From contig CAKORY010000003.1 of the NCBI GenBank assembly GCA_934101795.1, forward strand, positions 41,873-105,872: 64,000 bases of DNA. Direction: 5' to 3'. Under the pieces are notes generated by a model, which saw only the letters and a list, made by a program, of their open reading frames with translations, ran no database searches and was not told the DNA's origin. This stretch comes from an uncultured Bacilli bacterium (GTDB lineage Bacteria > Bacillota_I > Bacilli_A > RF39 > UBA660). Below are positions 56,226-64,000 of the stretch, in pieces. A program made the position numbers and the translations under genes. How positions within the stretch are numbered: the stretch's first letter is position 1; each line of letters begins with the position of its first letter.

Positions 56226-56324
56226 CACCAATTCACTTAAAGAAGGCGAATTGGTGCTAGTATCACACTAGTCAACCCCTTTTTATTCTTTTAGGAGATT
56301 TCTTCGGAAATCTCCGCTTTTTTT
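56226..56324 (+). ncRNA. candidate small RNA B (~100 nt), unknown family
   Basis: TTGACA (56191-96)-N17-TAAGAT (56214-19). Hairpins CACCAATTC/GAATTGGTG and CTAGT/ACTAG. Terminator GGAGATTTC-TTCG-GAAATCTCC followed by GC and T7. No plus-strand CDS. Confidence 0.4.
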
Positions 56325-56344
56325 GTATTAAAAAACAAGTGATT

Positions 56345-59300
56345 TTACTCACTTATTTTCTTATAATACTTATATCTTTTAATAGCATTTTCTTTTTGCT
56401 CTTCGAGAACTTTATTTGCTAAATCTTTATCTTTTATTTTTAAGGCATTAAATCTTACTTCATTATTTAAGAAAGTTTCATATTTATCAAAATTTGGTTC
56501 TTTAGAGTCAATGTGAGTTTCTCCATCATGTCTCATTAAAATTGTATATCCACATTCCACCGCTAGTTTTTGTTCTTCGCAAGAGACGCTCATACCTCTT
56601 TTGATTCCGTGTTCAATGCATGGTGAGTAAGCTATTATAATTGCAGGACCATTATGAGCTTGAGCTTCATTAAAGGCTTTAATTGCTTGCATCATATTAG
56701 CTCCGAGTGATATGCTTGCAACATAACAGTTCGGTATGCATGAGGCAATTTTAAACAAATCTTTTTTAGCTGTTTTCTTACCAAAGTTAGCAAATTCAGC
56801 GACTGCTCCAAGTTTTGTGGATTTGCTTGCTTGGCCACCAGTATTTGAGTAAACTTCAGTATCTAAAACTAATACTTTAATGTTTTCATTTGAATGAAGA
56901 ACATGATCAAGTCCACCATAACCTATGTCATAAGCCCAGCCATCTCCGCCGATTGCCCAGACCGTCCTTGCAGGGACATAATCTATTAAATCATTTAATT
57001 CTTTTGGAAGTGTTTTTCCTTTTAATTCGGATTTAATTTGGTTAGTAACTTCAAAATTATTTTCATTTTCTAGCCACTTTGTAAATAAATCTTTTACATC
57101 TATTTCAACAGAATTAATTGTTTCTTCTATAATATGCTTTATTCTTTCTCTTTTTTGTTTGTAAGAAATATGAATACCTAAGGCAAATTCAGCATTATCT
57201 TCGAATAATGAGTTTGCCCATGGAATACTATATGGTGTTGATGGTGTTGAACCACCATAAATACTTGAACAACCTGTTGCATTAGCAATAACTAATTTTT
57301 CACCAAGAATTTGAGTTAACATTTTAATATATGGAGTTTCTCCGCATCCAGCACAAGCACCAGAAAATGCAAATAATGGTTTTTCTAAAGCTACTCCCTT
57401 TATTGTAGTTTTTGGAAGCGGATTTATACTTTTAATATTATCAAAGTCTATACTTGTTTTTTCTACTTTTTCAATCATTTCTAAGGCTTTTTTACCCATT
57501 TTACCTGGACAAATGCTTGCACATACTCCGCAACCTGTGCAATCTTTTTCACTTATCTTTATAGAATATTTAAGTCCATCTTGACCAATAAATGGTATGC
57601 CATCAGTATCTTCATCATTTGCAATGCTTCTTATTACAGCATGTGGACAAGCTAAGGCACACATTCCACATTCTATACAATTTTCTGATATCCATTTTGG
57701 TACAATATTTGAAATATTTCTCTTTTCTTTATTGGTGGTTTCTCCTGGAAATTGACCAAACGCATAATCTGTTAACATACTTACAGGTATTTCATTACCT
57801 CTTCTTTCATTTATCATGTTAATAACGTTATCATCAATTATACTTATTGTTTCATCATATTCATGTGTTATTTTAAGTTCTTTTAAATTTGATAAAGCTT
57901 CATGCATTGCTAAAATGTTATTATTAACTATGTCTTCGCCTTTTGTTGCAAAAGCTTTTTTAATAGAATCTTCTAGCATTAAGGTAGCATTTTCTACATT
58001 AAGAAGATTTAGAATTAGTACTTCCATTATTTTACTTATTTTGCCTTTTAAATGATTTTTAATAGCAATATTTTCAGCATCTATATAGTACACTTTAATA
58101 TTTTTCTTAAAAATAGTATTTTTTACTTTAGTTGGAAGTAATTTTAGTAATTCTTCTTCATTTTTTATAGTGTTAATAAGTAGTGTGCCATTTTCTTTTA
58201 GATTATCTATAATATCAAACATTCTAAAGTAAATATCTTTGGTAACAACAGTTATTTCTGGATGTGTTACGTAGTATGGTTCATTTATTTTGCTATCTCC
58301 ATATCTTAAGTGAGAGATGGTAACTCCTCCACTTTTTTTAGAATCGTATTCAAAATATCCTTGAACATATAAATCTTTGCTGGCATGAAGTATTTTAAGT
58401 AAATCTTTGCTAGCACTAACCATTCCATCACTGCCAAAACCAACTATTTTTATTTCTTTATTATTGTTTTCTATTTCGATATGTTCTTCTTTTAAACTTA
58501 AATTTGTTACATCATCATTTATACCTATTGTAAAGTTATTTTGGGGACTTTCTTCAAGCATTTTGTAAACACTATAAATATCACTCGGAGTTGTATTCTT
58601 ACTTGATAAGCCATACCTTCCTCCATAAATGTTTATATCTTTGTCTTTTAGAGTGCTGCATATATCTAAATATAAAGGTTCACCAGTTGAACCTGCTTCT
58701 TTAGTTCTGTCTAAAACTGCAATATTTTTAACTGTCTTAGGTAAAACATTTAAGAAATACTTTTTACTAAATGGCCGATATAAATGAACTTCGATTAACC
58801 CAACGTTTCCTAGTTTATCTACGACTTCTTTGATTACATCTGTAACACTTCCCATGGCAATTATTATATTCTTAGCATCACTTGCTCCATAATAATTAAA
58901 TGGTTTATAATCTGTCGCCATTATTTCATTAATCTTTTCCATATAATCATTTACAATATCTGGCATAGCATCATAATATTTATTTCTTGCTTCCATGCAT
59001 TGGAAGTAGATATCTTCATTTTGTGCCATTCCATACTGATATTTCTTACCAACATTTAGACATCTATCTTTAAATTTATTGATTGCATCGTGATCCACTA
59101 AAGATAGAAGTTTATCTTCTGGTAACTCTTCGATTGTGTTTAATTCATGACTTGTTCTAAATCCATCAAAAAAATGTACAAATGGAAGACTTCCTTTTAT
59201 AGCCGAGAGATGGGCTACTGCTGCTAAGTTTTGAGCATCAAATACACTAGATGACGCAAGAAGACAAAATCCTGTTTGACGTACTGCGTAAATATCTTGA

Positions 59301-59671
59301 TGATCACCAAATATTGATAAAGCATGGGTTGCTAAAGAACGTGATGCTACGTGTATTACAGCAGGTAACATTTCTCCAGCAATTTTATACATGTTTGGTA
59401 TCATTAAAAGAAGCCCTTGACTAGCTGTAAAAGTTGATGCTAAAGAACCCGATAAAAGAGCACCATGTAAGGCACCTGCAGCTCCAGCTTCTGACTCCAT
59501 TTCTAATACTTTGGGTTTATCGCTAAATATATTAAGCAAATTTGTACTTGTTAAAGCATCTATATTTGATGCCATCGGACTTGATGGTGTTATTGGATAT
59601 ATACTGCATACTTCACTAAAGTAATATGCTACTTTACTACAAGCATTATTGCCATCTACTATTTTTTTCAT
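56345..59671 (-). CDS. nifJ: pyruvate:ferredoxin (flavodoxin) oxidoreductase
   Basis: N-terminal DGNNACSKVAYYFSEVCSIYPITPSSPM. Two 4Fe-4S motifs, CIECGMCALACP and CTGCGVCASICP. TPP site GGDGWAYDIGYGGLDHV. Confidence 0.9.
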   Translation of the reverse strand: MKKIVDGNNACSKVAYYFSEVCSIYPITPSSPMASNIDALTSTNLLNIFSDKPKVLEMESEAGAAGALHGALLSGSLASTFTASQGLLLMIPNMYKIAGEMLPAVIHVASRSLATHALSIFGDHQDIYAVRQTGFCLLASSSVFDAQNLAAVAHLSAIKGSLPFVHFFDGFRTSHELNTIEELPEDKLLSLVDHDAINKFKDRCLNVGKKYQYGMAQNEDIYFQCMEARNKYYDAMPDIVNDYMEKINEIMATDYKPFNYYGASDAKNIIIAMGSVTDVIKEVVDKLGNVGLIEVHLYRPFSKKYFLNVLPKTVKNIAVLDRTKEAGSTGEPLYLDICSTLKDKDINIYGGRYGLSSKNTTPSDIYSVYKMLEESPQNNFTIGINDDVTNLSLKEEHIEIENNNKEIKIVGFGSDGMVSASKDLLKILHASKDLYVQGYFEYDSKKSGGVTISHLRYGDSKINEPYYVTHPEITVVTKDIYFRMFDIIDNLKENGTLLINTIKNEEELLKLLPTKVKNTIFKKNIKVYYIDAENIAIKNHLKGKISKIMEVLILNLLNVENATLMLEDSIKKAFATKGEDIVNNNILAMHEALSNLKELKITHEYDETISIIDDNVINMINERRGNEIPVSMLTDYAFGQFPGETTNKEKRNISNIVPKWISENCIECGMCALACPHAVIRSIANDEDTDGIPFIGQDGLKYSIKISEKDCTGCGVCASICPGKMGKKALEMIEKVEKTSIDFDNIKSINPLPKTTIKGVALEKPLFAFSGACAGCGETPYIKMLTQILGEKLVIANATGCSSIYGGSTPSTPYSIPWANSLFEDNAEFALGIHISYKQKRERIKHIIEETINSVEIDVKDLFTKWLENENNFEVTNQIKSELKGKTLPKELNDLIDYVPARTVWAIGGDGWAYDIGYGGLDHVLHSNENIKVLVLDTEVYSNTGGQASKSTKLGAVAEFANFGKKTAKKDLFKIASCIPNCYVASISLGANMMQAIKAFNEAQAHNGPAIIIAYSPCIEHGIKRGMSVSCEEQKLAVECGYTILMRHDGETHIDSKEPNFDKYETFLNNEVRFNALKIKDKDLANKVLEEQKENAIKRYKYYKKISE

Positions 59672-59712
59672 TTTATCACCAATTATATTATAAAATAAAA
59701 AAGACTAAATAA

Positions 59713-60945
59713 CTAGTCTCTTTTTAATTTTTCTTCAATTCTTATTAGTCTATTGTATTTTGCAATACGTTCACCACGACACATTGAACCAGTTTTTATA
59801 AATGGTATTGCTAAGCCTACAGCTAAATCTGCAATAAACGTATCTTCAGTTTCACCACTTCGATGTGAGATAATTGTTTTATAATTATTTTTCTTAGCAA
59901 GCATAATAGTTCTAATCATTTCACTTACTGTACCTATTTGGTTAGCTTTTAATAAAATGGCATTACCAGCATGCATTTCTATTCCCTTTTCTAAGTATTT
60001 TTCATTTGTTACAAAGTAGTCATCTCCGACGACCATTATACGACTACCTACTAGGGATGTAAATTTAGCGAGTGTTTCAAAATCATTTTCATAGAATGGA
60101 TCCTCAATACTTAGAATTGGATATGTATCTATTAATTTTTCATAAAAAGATATTAATTCTTCGCTAGTAAATGATTTTCCATCTAGTTTATAAGTATTAG
60201 TTTCTTTATCATAAAGTTCACTAGCTGCTACATCTAAGGCAATAAATATATCTTCACCTGGTTTATAGCCAGCTTTTCTAATAGCTTCCATAATAAAATC
60301 TAGAGCCATTGTATTATTATTTAAATTTGGGGCAAATCCACCTTCATCACCAACACCTACAGCAAAGCCATTGATACTTAATAGTTTTTTTAACGCATGA
60401 AATACTTCAGATGCTGCCCTTACTCTTTCTTTAATGCTTTTCATAACAGGCATAATCATAAATTCTTGTATATCGATATTATTTACAGCATGTGCACCAC
60501 CATTTATAATATTAATCATTGGTATAGGCATTGTTACGCTCTTGTTTGATACGTATTCGTAAAGTTCTTTATTATTTGCTTTAGCTAAACACTTTAAACA
60601 TGCAAGTGATACTGCAAGTATAGCATTTGCACCTAAGTTACTTTTGTTTTCGGTACCATCTAATTTTATTAAATAATTATCTATACTTAATTGGTCACAC
60701 TTTTTTCCTATTAAAGCGGGTCTAATTATGGTATTTACATTACTTACTGCTTGAAGTACACCTTTTCCTTCATATCTTTTTGGGTCTTTATCACGAAGTT
60801 CTAAAGCTTCTCTGGAACCAGTTGAAGCACCACTTGGAACGGATGCTGTAGCGGTCACCCCACTATCTAAAATCATATCAACTTCAATAGTTGGATTTCC
60901 ACGACTATCAAGTATTTCTCTAGCATGAATGTCTTTTATAAACAT
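59713..60945 (-). CDS. eno: enolase
   Basis: IHAREILDSRGNPTIEVD, SHRSGETED, NQIGTVSE. Confidence 0.95.
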   Translation of the reverse strand: MFIKDIHAREILDSRGNPTIEVDMILDSGVTATASVPSGASTGSREALELRDKDPKRYEGKGVLQAVSNVNTIIRPALIGKKCDQLSIDNYLIKLDGTENKSNLGANAILAVSLACLKCLAKANNKELYEYVSNKSVTMPIPMINIINGGAHAVNNIDIQEFMIMPVMKSIKERVRAASEVFHALKKLLSINGFAVGVGDEGGFAPNLNNNTMALDFIMEAIRKAGYKPGEDIFIALDVAASELYDKETNTYKLDGKSFTSEELISFYEKLIDTYPILSIEDPFYENDFETLAKFTSLVGSRIMVVGDDYFVTNEKYLEKGIEMHAGNAILLKANQIGTVSEMIRTIMLAKKNNYKTIISHRSGETEDTFIADLAVGLAIPFIKTGSMCRGERIAKYNRLIRIEEKLKRD

Positions 60946-61035
60946 TTTATCCCCTTCTTCCTCTATATTAGTATATCAAAATTTTGACAAATTAAAAAGT
61001 AAAATGAATCATTTTACTTTTAATTTTACTTTTCT

Positions 61036-61614
61036 TTACCAAAATATTTCCATTATTTCTTTACTACGATTTTTAAATAAAATAGTATCCATGAAATCTA
61101 AAATTCCTGTGATAATTAAGAATGCTCCGGCAAGTTTTGTAAGCGTTAAGCTTGCAAAAGGATTAAATATTACAAGAATACCTACGATAGCCACTAAAAT
61201 ACCTGTTGCAAGTGTTATTAACCAAGAGTCTTCATTACCTCTTTTAAGCCATAACGCATAGTTTACTTTACTTGCCCCATTAACTATCATGTAGATACCA
61301 AGACATATTGTTATAAATTCAACTACACTTGATGGCACTAAAATTATAACTACACCTAGAACTGCATAAATTACACCAAATACTAAATTTAAATTATATA
61401 GTTTAGCTCCTTCACGATGGAAATACTTATAAATTGAGTTTATACCTTCGATAAGGAAAATAATACCAACAATCATACCAAGCACTTTACCACTTAATTC
61501 TGGAACTAATAATAATATAATACCTGTGATAACTGTTATTAAGGCAGTTCCAATAGAGTACCATATCATTCTTTTGTACATGTTTTCAATACTATTTTTT
61601 AAACCATTTGCCAT
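61036..61614 (-). CDS. HdeD/DUF308-family membrane protein
   Basis: Six predicted helices with repeated G..lil.G motifs. ATG at 61614 after AGGTGA. Confidence 0.5.
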   Translation of the reverse strand: MANGLKNSIENMYKRMIWYSIGTALITVITGIILLLVPELSGKVLGMIVGIIFLIEGINSIYKYFHREGAKLYNLNLVFGVIYAVLGVVIILVPSSVVEFITICLGIYMIVNGASKVNYALWLKRGNEDSWLITLATGILVAIVGILVIFNPFASLTLTKLAGAFLIITGILDFMDTILFKNRSKEIMEIFW

Positions 61615-61726
61615 TTTTATCACCTAATTATATTATACATAAAATACTTACGTTTAGCAACAATTTTATAGATTTTAACGTCAATTTATGGTATAATGTT
61701 GTCTTACTTATGAGGGAGGTTTTTAT

Positions 61727-62953
61727 ATGAACTTAAAAGAGATGTCACTAGCTGAATTTAAAGAGTTTGCAAATACTCATTTTATTGGTAATTTTCATGA
61801 ATCTATTAACTATGCTTTAATTAAAGCTGAGGAAGGTTATGAATATGAATTTATTTCTTATGGTGCTGATGAAGTAGTGGCTGCTGCTTTAATTCTTTAT
61901 AAAAAAATTGGTAATATTTATTTTGGTTACTCACCTCGTGGTTTTTTAATTAATTATTCAAATGAATATTTACTTGAAGAATTTACTAGAAAAGTAAAAG
62001 ATTATTATAAAAAAAGAGGTTTTGCTTTTATTAAAATTAATCCTGAAATAGCTATAGCTAAGTTAAATAAAAAAACTATGAACTTTGAATATAATGAAAA
62101 TTATAGAATTATAGATATTTTAACTAAATGTGGATATAAAAAACTTAAAAATAATATGAATTTTGAATCTCTTTTACCTAGAGTAAATGCCATTGTTAAT
62201 ATGGAAGGTTATAATCATACTAATTTATCTAAAAATACAAGAAATAAAGTTAAAAAAGGGCTTAGAAAAGGACTTATTCTTGAAAAAGCTGAACCTGATA
62301 AAATTAATATTTTTTATAAATTTATTAAAAATAAAATAAATAAAGATGAATATTATTATAATGATTTTTATAATGTTTTTAGTAAAACTGCAGATGTAGA
62401 TTTATTACTTGTTAAAGTTGATTATAAAAAGTTTTTAATAAATGCTCAGAATTCTTATAATTTGGAACTTAGAAGAAATGCTGAACTTAATAACAAGTTA
62501 CTAACAAATAATAATGCTAATGTTATAAATGCTAAAATGAATTCTGATAGAGCACTTCTTGCTTATAAGAATGATATTGCAGAAGCTTCTAAAAACTTAA
62601 ATACTGGATTAGAAACTTATGTTGCTGGAGCTCTTGTTATAAAATATCAAAATAGAGTTATCATACAAATAAGTGGTTTTGATAAGTCTTTATCTAGATT
62701 TAGTGCTAATTATTATTTGTATTATGCAATCATTAAATATTATCAAAAAAAATATAAATATTTAGATTTAAATGGTATTACTGCTGATTTATCAAAAGAT
62801 AATCATTATTATGGTTTAAATAGATTTAAAATGGGATTTAATCCAGATGTTTATGAATATATCGGAGAATTTGATTTAGTTATAGATGAAAAGTTATATG
62901 ATAAATTACTTAAAAGTGGTGCTTTAGCTAAAGAATTTAATAAAATAAAGTAA
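61727..62953 (+). CDS. FemAB-family peptidoglycan interpeptide aminoacyltransferase-like protein
   Basis: Size, the N-terminal F...F.Q....a pattern, the central helical insertion (NAQNSYNLELRRNAELNNKL) and the C-terminal YDLNGI / GLNRFKMGF all match the family. Confidence 0.55.
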   Translation: MNLKEMSLAEFKEFANTHFIGNFHESINYALIKAEEGYEYEFISYGADEVVAAALILYKKIGNIYFGYSPRGFLINYSNEYLLEEFTRKVKDYYKKRGFAFIKINPEIAIAKLNKKTMNFEYNENYRIIDILTKCGYKKLKNNMNFESLLPRVNAIVNMEGYNHTNLSKNTRNKVKKGLRKGLILEKAEPDKINIFYKFIKNKINKDEYYYNDFYNVFSKTADVDLLLVKVDYKKFLINAQNSYNLELRRNAELNNKLLTNNNANVINAKMNSDRALLAYKNDIAEASKNLNTGLETYVAGALVIKYQNRVIIQISGFDKSLSRFSANYYLYYAIIKYYQKKYKYLDLNGITADLSKDNHYYGLNRFKMGFNPDVYEYIGEFDLVIDEKLYDKLLKSGALAKEFNKIK

Positions 62954-62980
62954 TTAGTTTTATTCTAATTACTTTTTGTT

Positions 62981-63178
62981 TTATAAAAATGCAGTCAAAC
63001 TTTCAGTTTCTTGTTTTTCTTTAGAATTTTGATTTATATTCATACTATTTAAGTTCAGTGATACACTTATAGCTTTTAATATTTCAAACATTTGTTGATT
63101 AATCATTTTTTGTTCCGACAATTGGGCCTTCAGTATTTCATTTTGTTCCGCAAGTAAACTAATTATATTATTATCCAT
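62981..63178 (-). CDS. small hypothetical coiled-coil protein
   Basis: GGAGG RBS. No recognisable motif. Confidence 0.35.
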   Translation of the reverse strand: MDNNIISLLAEQNEILKAQLSEQKMINQQMFEILKAISVSLNLNSMNINQNSKEKQETESLTAFL

Positions 63179-63259
63179 AATTATCCTCCATTTATTATAT
63201 TATAAGTCTTTTGTTTATATAGTAAAATATAACTTATTACATATTTACATAAAATGTGT

Positions 63260-63292
63260 CAAAAAAACAATCTCTGCAAAAGAGATTGTTTT
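63260..63292. terminator. intrinsic terminator downstream of tuf (bidirectional shape)
   Basis: ACAATCTCT-GCAAA-AGAGATTGT flanked by an A-run and a T-run. Confidence 0.7.
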
Positions 63293-63308
63293 AATTTTAT
63301 ATCATCAA

Positions 63309-64000
63309 TTATTTAAGAATTTCAGATACAACTCCGGCACCAACAGTTCTTCCACCTTCACGGATAGAGAATTTAGTTCCGTTTTCTAGAGCAACTGGAG
63401 CGATAAGTTCAACAGTCATGTCAACATTATCACCAGGCATAACCATTTCTACTCCTTCAGGTAATTCAATAACACCTGTTACGTCAGTAGTTCTGAAATA
63501 GAATTGTGGACGATAATTTGAGAAGAATGGTGTATGACGTCCTCCTTCTTCTTTAGATAGAACGTATACGCTTGCTTTGAATTTTGTATGAGGTGTAACA
63601 CTTCCTGGTTTAGCCAAAACTTGTCCACGTTCAACGCCATCACGAGCAATACCACGAAGTAAGCATCCAGCATTGTCACCAGCTTGAGCATAGTCTAGAG
63701 ATTTTCTAAACATTTCAATACCAGTAACAACTGTTTTAGTTGTAGGTCTTAGACCAACGATTTCAACTTCGTCGTTAAGTTTTAGTTGTCCACGTTCAAC
63801 ACGTCCAGTAACAACTGTTCCACGTCCTGAGATAGTGAATACGTCTTCAATACTCATTAGGAATGGTTTGTCAGTATCACGAACTGGTGCATCGATATAA
63901 GAATCAACAGCAGCCATTAAGTCACGGATACTTTGAGCAGCAGCTTCATCACCTTCAAGGGCTTTTAAAGCACTACCACGAATAATAGGACATTCAGAAT
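63309..64000 (-). CDS. tuf: elongation factor Tu, C-terminal about 230 aa (N-terminus beyond the right edge)
   Basis: [28 protein letters not shown] ... [15 protein letters not shown]. The frame stays open from 63917 to 64000. Confidence 0.95.
   Translation of the reverse strand, partial: SECPIIRGSALKALEGDEAAAQSIRDLMAAVDSYIDAPVRDTDKPFLMSIEDVFTISGRGTVVTGRVERGQLKLNDEVEIVGLRPTTKTVVTGIEMFRKSLDYAQAGDNAGCLLRGIARDGVERGQVLAKPGSVTPHTKFKASVYVLSKEEGGRHTPFFSNYRPQFYFRTTDVTGVIELPEGVEMVMPGDNVDMTVELIAPVALENGTKFSIREGGRTVGAGVVSEILK

Noticed and set aside
54156-56231. Long N-terminal extension of the recG ORF (MVITILIEKVQFVKLFLQKFVIIMTEAQ...)
   Set aside because: There is no RBS at 56231. GGAGG sits 5 nt before the ATG at 56147 (MNLELLPKIG), and a TGTTATAAT promoter lies inside the extension. 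Similar trimming was applied to hsdM, hsdS, prrC-like, nusG, secE, sigma, rlmB, the MMPL gene, the SipW-type protein and the dual-HEPN gene.
1200-63691. Dozens of 60-140-aa ORFs antisense to, or out of frame within, the large genes. Examples: 1200..1385, 2762..2965, 4196..4411, 7254..7475, 13984..14415, 14468..14827, 16369..16551, 16391..16744, 22444..22752, 24724..24918, 37083..37373, 45506..45772, 57592..58055, 60929..61261, 63479..63691.
   Set aside because: These are shadow ORFs, which are typical of AT-rich DNA. They have low-complexity F/L/I/S-rich translations, no RBS, and are fully nested in well-supported genes.
1-64000. CRISPR arrays near the dual-HEPN (Cas13-like motif) gene or elsewhere
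   Set aside because: No regularly spaced direct repeats were found in any intergenic region. The only tandem repeats are the 23-bp array at 21.7 kb (which has no spacers), the coding 45-bp and 12-bp repeats, and simple-sequence tracts.
1-64000. Mollicutes-type genetic code (TGA = Trp), given the extreme AT richness
   Set aside because: TGA terminates well-supported genes (the rlmB-like gene at 32011-13 and the 256-aa operon gene at 10489-91). Long ORFs are intact under code 11 with Trp encoded by TGG.

Overview
Very AT-rich chromosomal segment from a low-GC Gram-positive-type anaerobe (Bacillota; Erysipelotrichia- or Mollicutes-related by feel). It uses the standard genetic code: TGA is a stop, for example at the rlmB-like gene and at the 10489..11259 gene. 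Most genes are on the minus strand. There are four blocks. (1) 1-11.3 kb is a translationally coupled operon of at least 13 genes for a divergent Tad/Flp-like (type IVc) pilus. It has a CpaF-type ATPase, two TadB/C-type platform proteins, two tandem CpaB-like proteins, two cysteine-rich pilin-like precursors with identical leaders, two pseudopilin-like paralogues and a 1160-aa cysteine-rich secreted protein. (2) 11.3-35.2 kb is mixed housekeeping and accessory: metallophosphoesterase, three helical-repeat proteins, GNAT-MazG fusion, membrane HExxH protein, desulfoferrodoxin, ABC importer, MMPL transporter with TetR regulator, SipW-type surface protein, rlmB / sigH-like / secE / nusG, tRNA-Thr, radical SAM, pncC-like and DUF362. 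(3) 35.3-52.8 kb is a dense defence island with no visible integrase. It holds an orphan 1199-aa protein ending in a PD-(D/E)xK nuclease motif and a type I R-M operon (hsdM-hsdS-prrC-like-hsdR) with a PrrC-type anticodon-nuclease gene embedded. It also holds a NERD / KAP-NTPase / ApeA-like-HEPN three-gene operon, and a dual-HEPN (2x RNxIxHG) protein co-transcribed with a 49-aa peptide that is one-third cysteine and is missing from the ORF track. (4) 53-64 kb is core: DUF1848, recG, pyruvate:ferredoxin oxidoreductase, enolase, HdeD-like, FemAB-like and tuf (partial). recG is flanked by two orphan promoter-hairpin-terminator units on the plus strand (candidate sRNAs). No CRISPR array, rRNA, transposase or integrase was recognised. 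All functional calls come from motif recognition by eye; no database search was possible.
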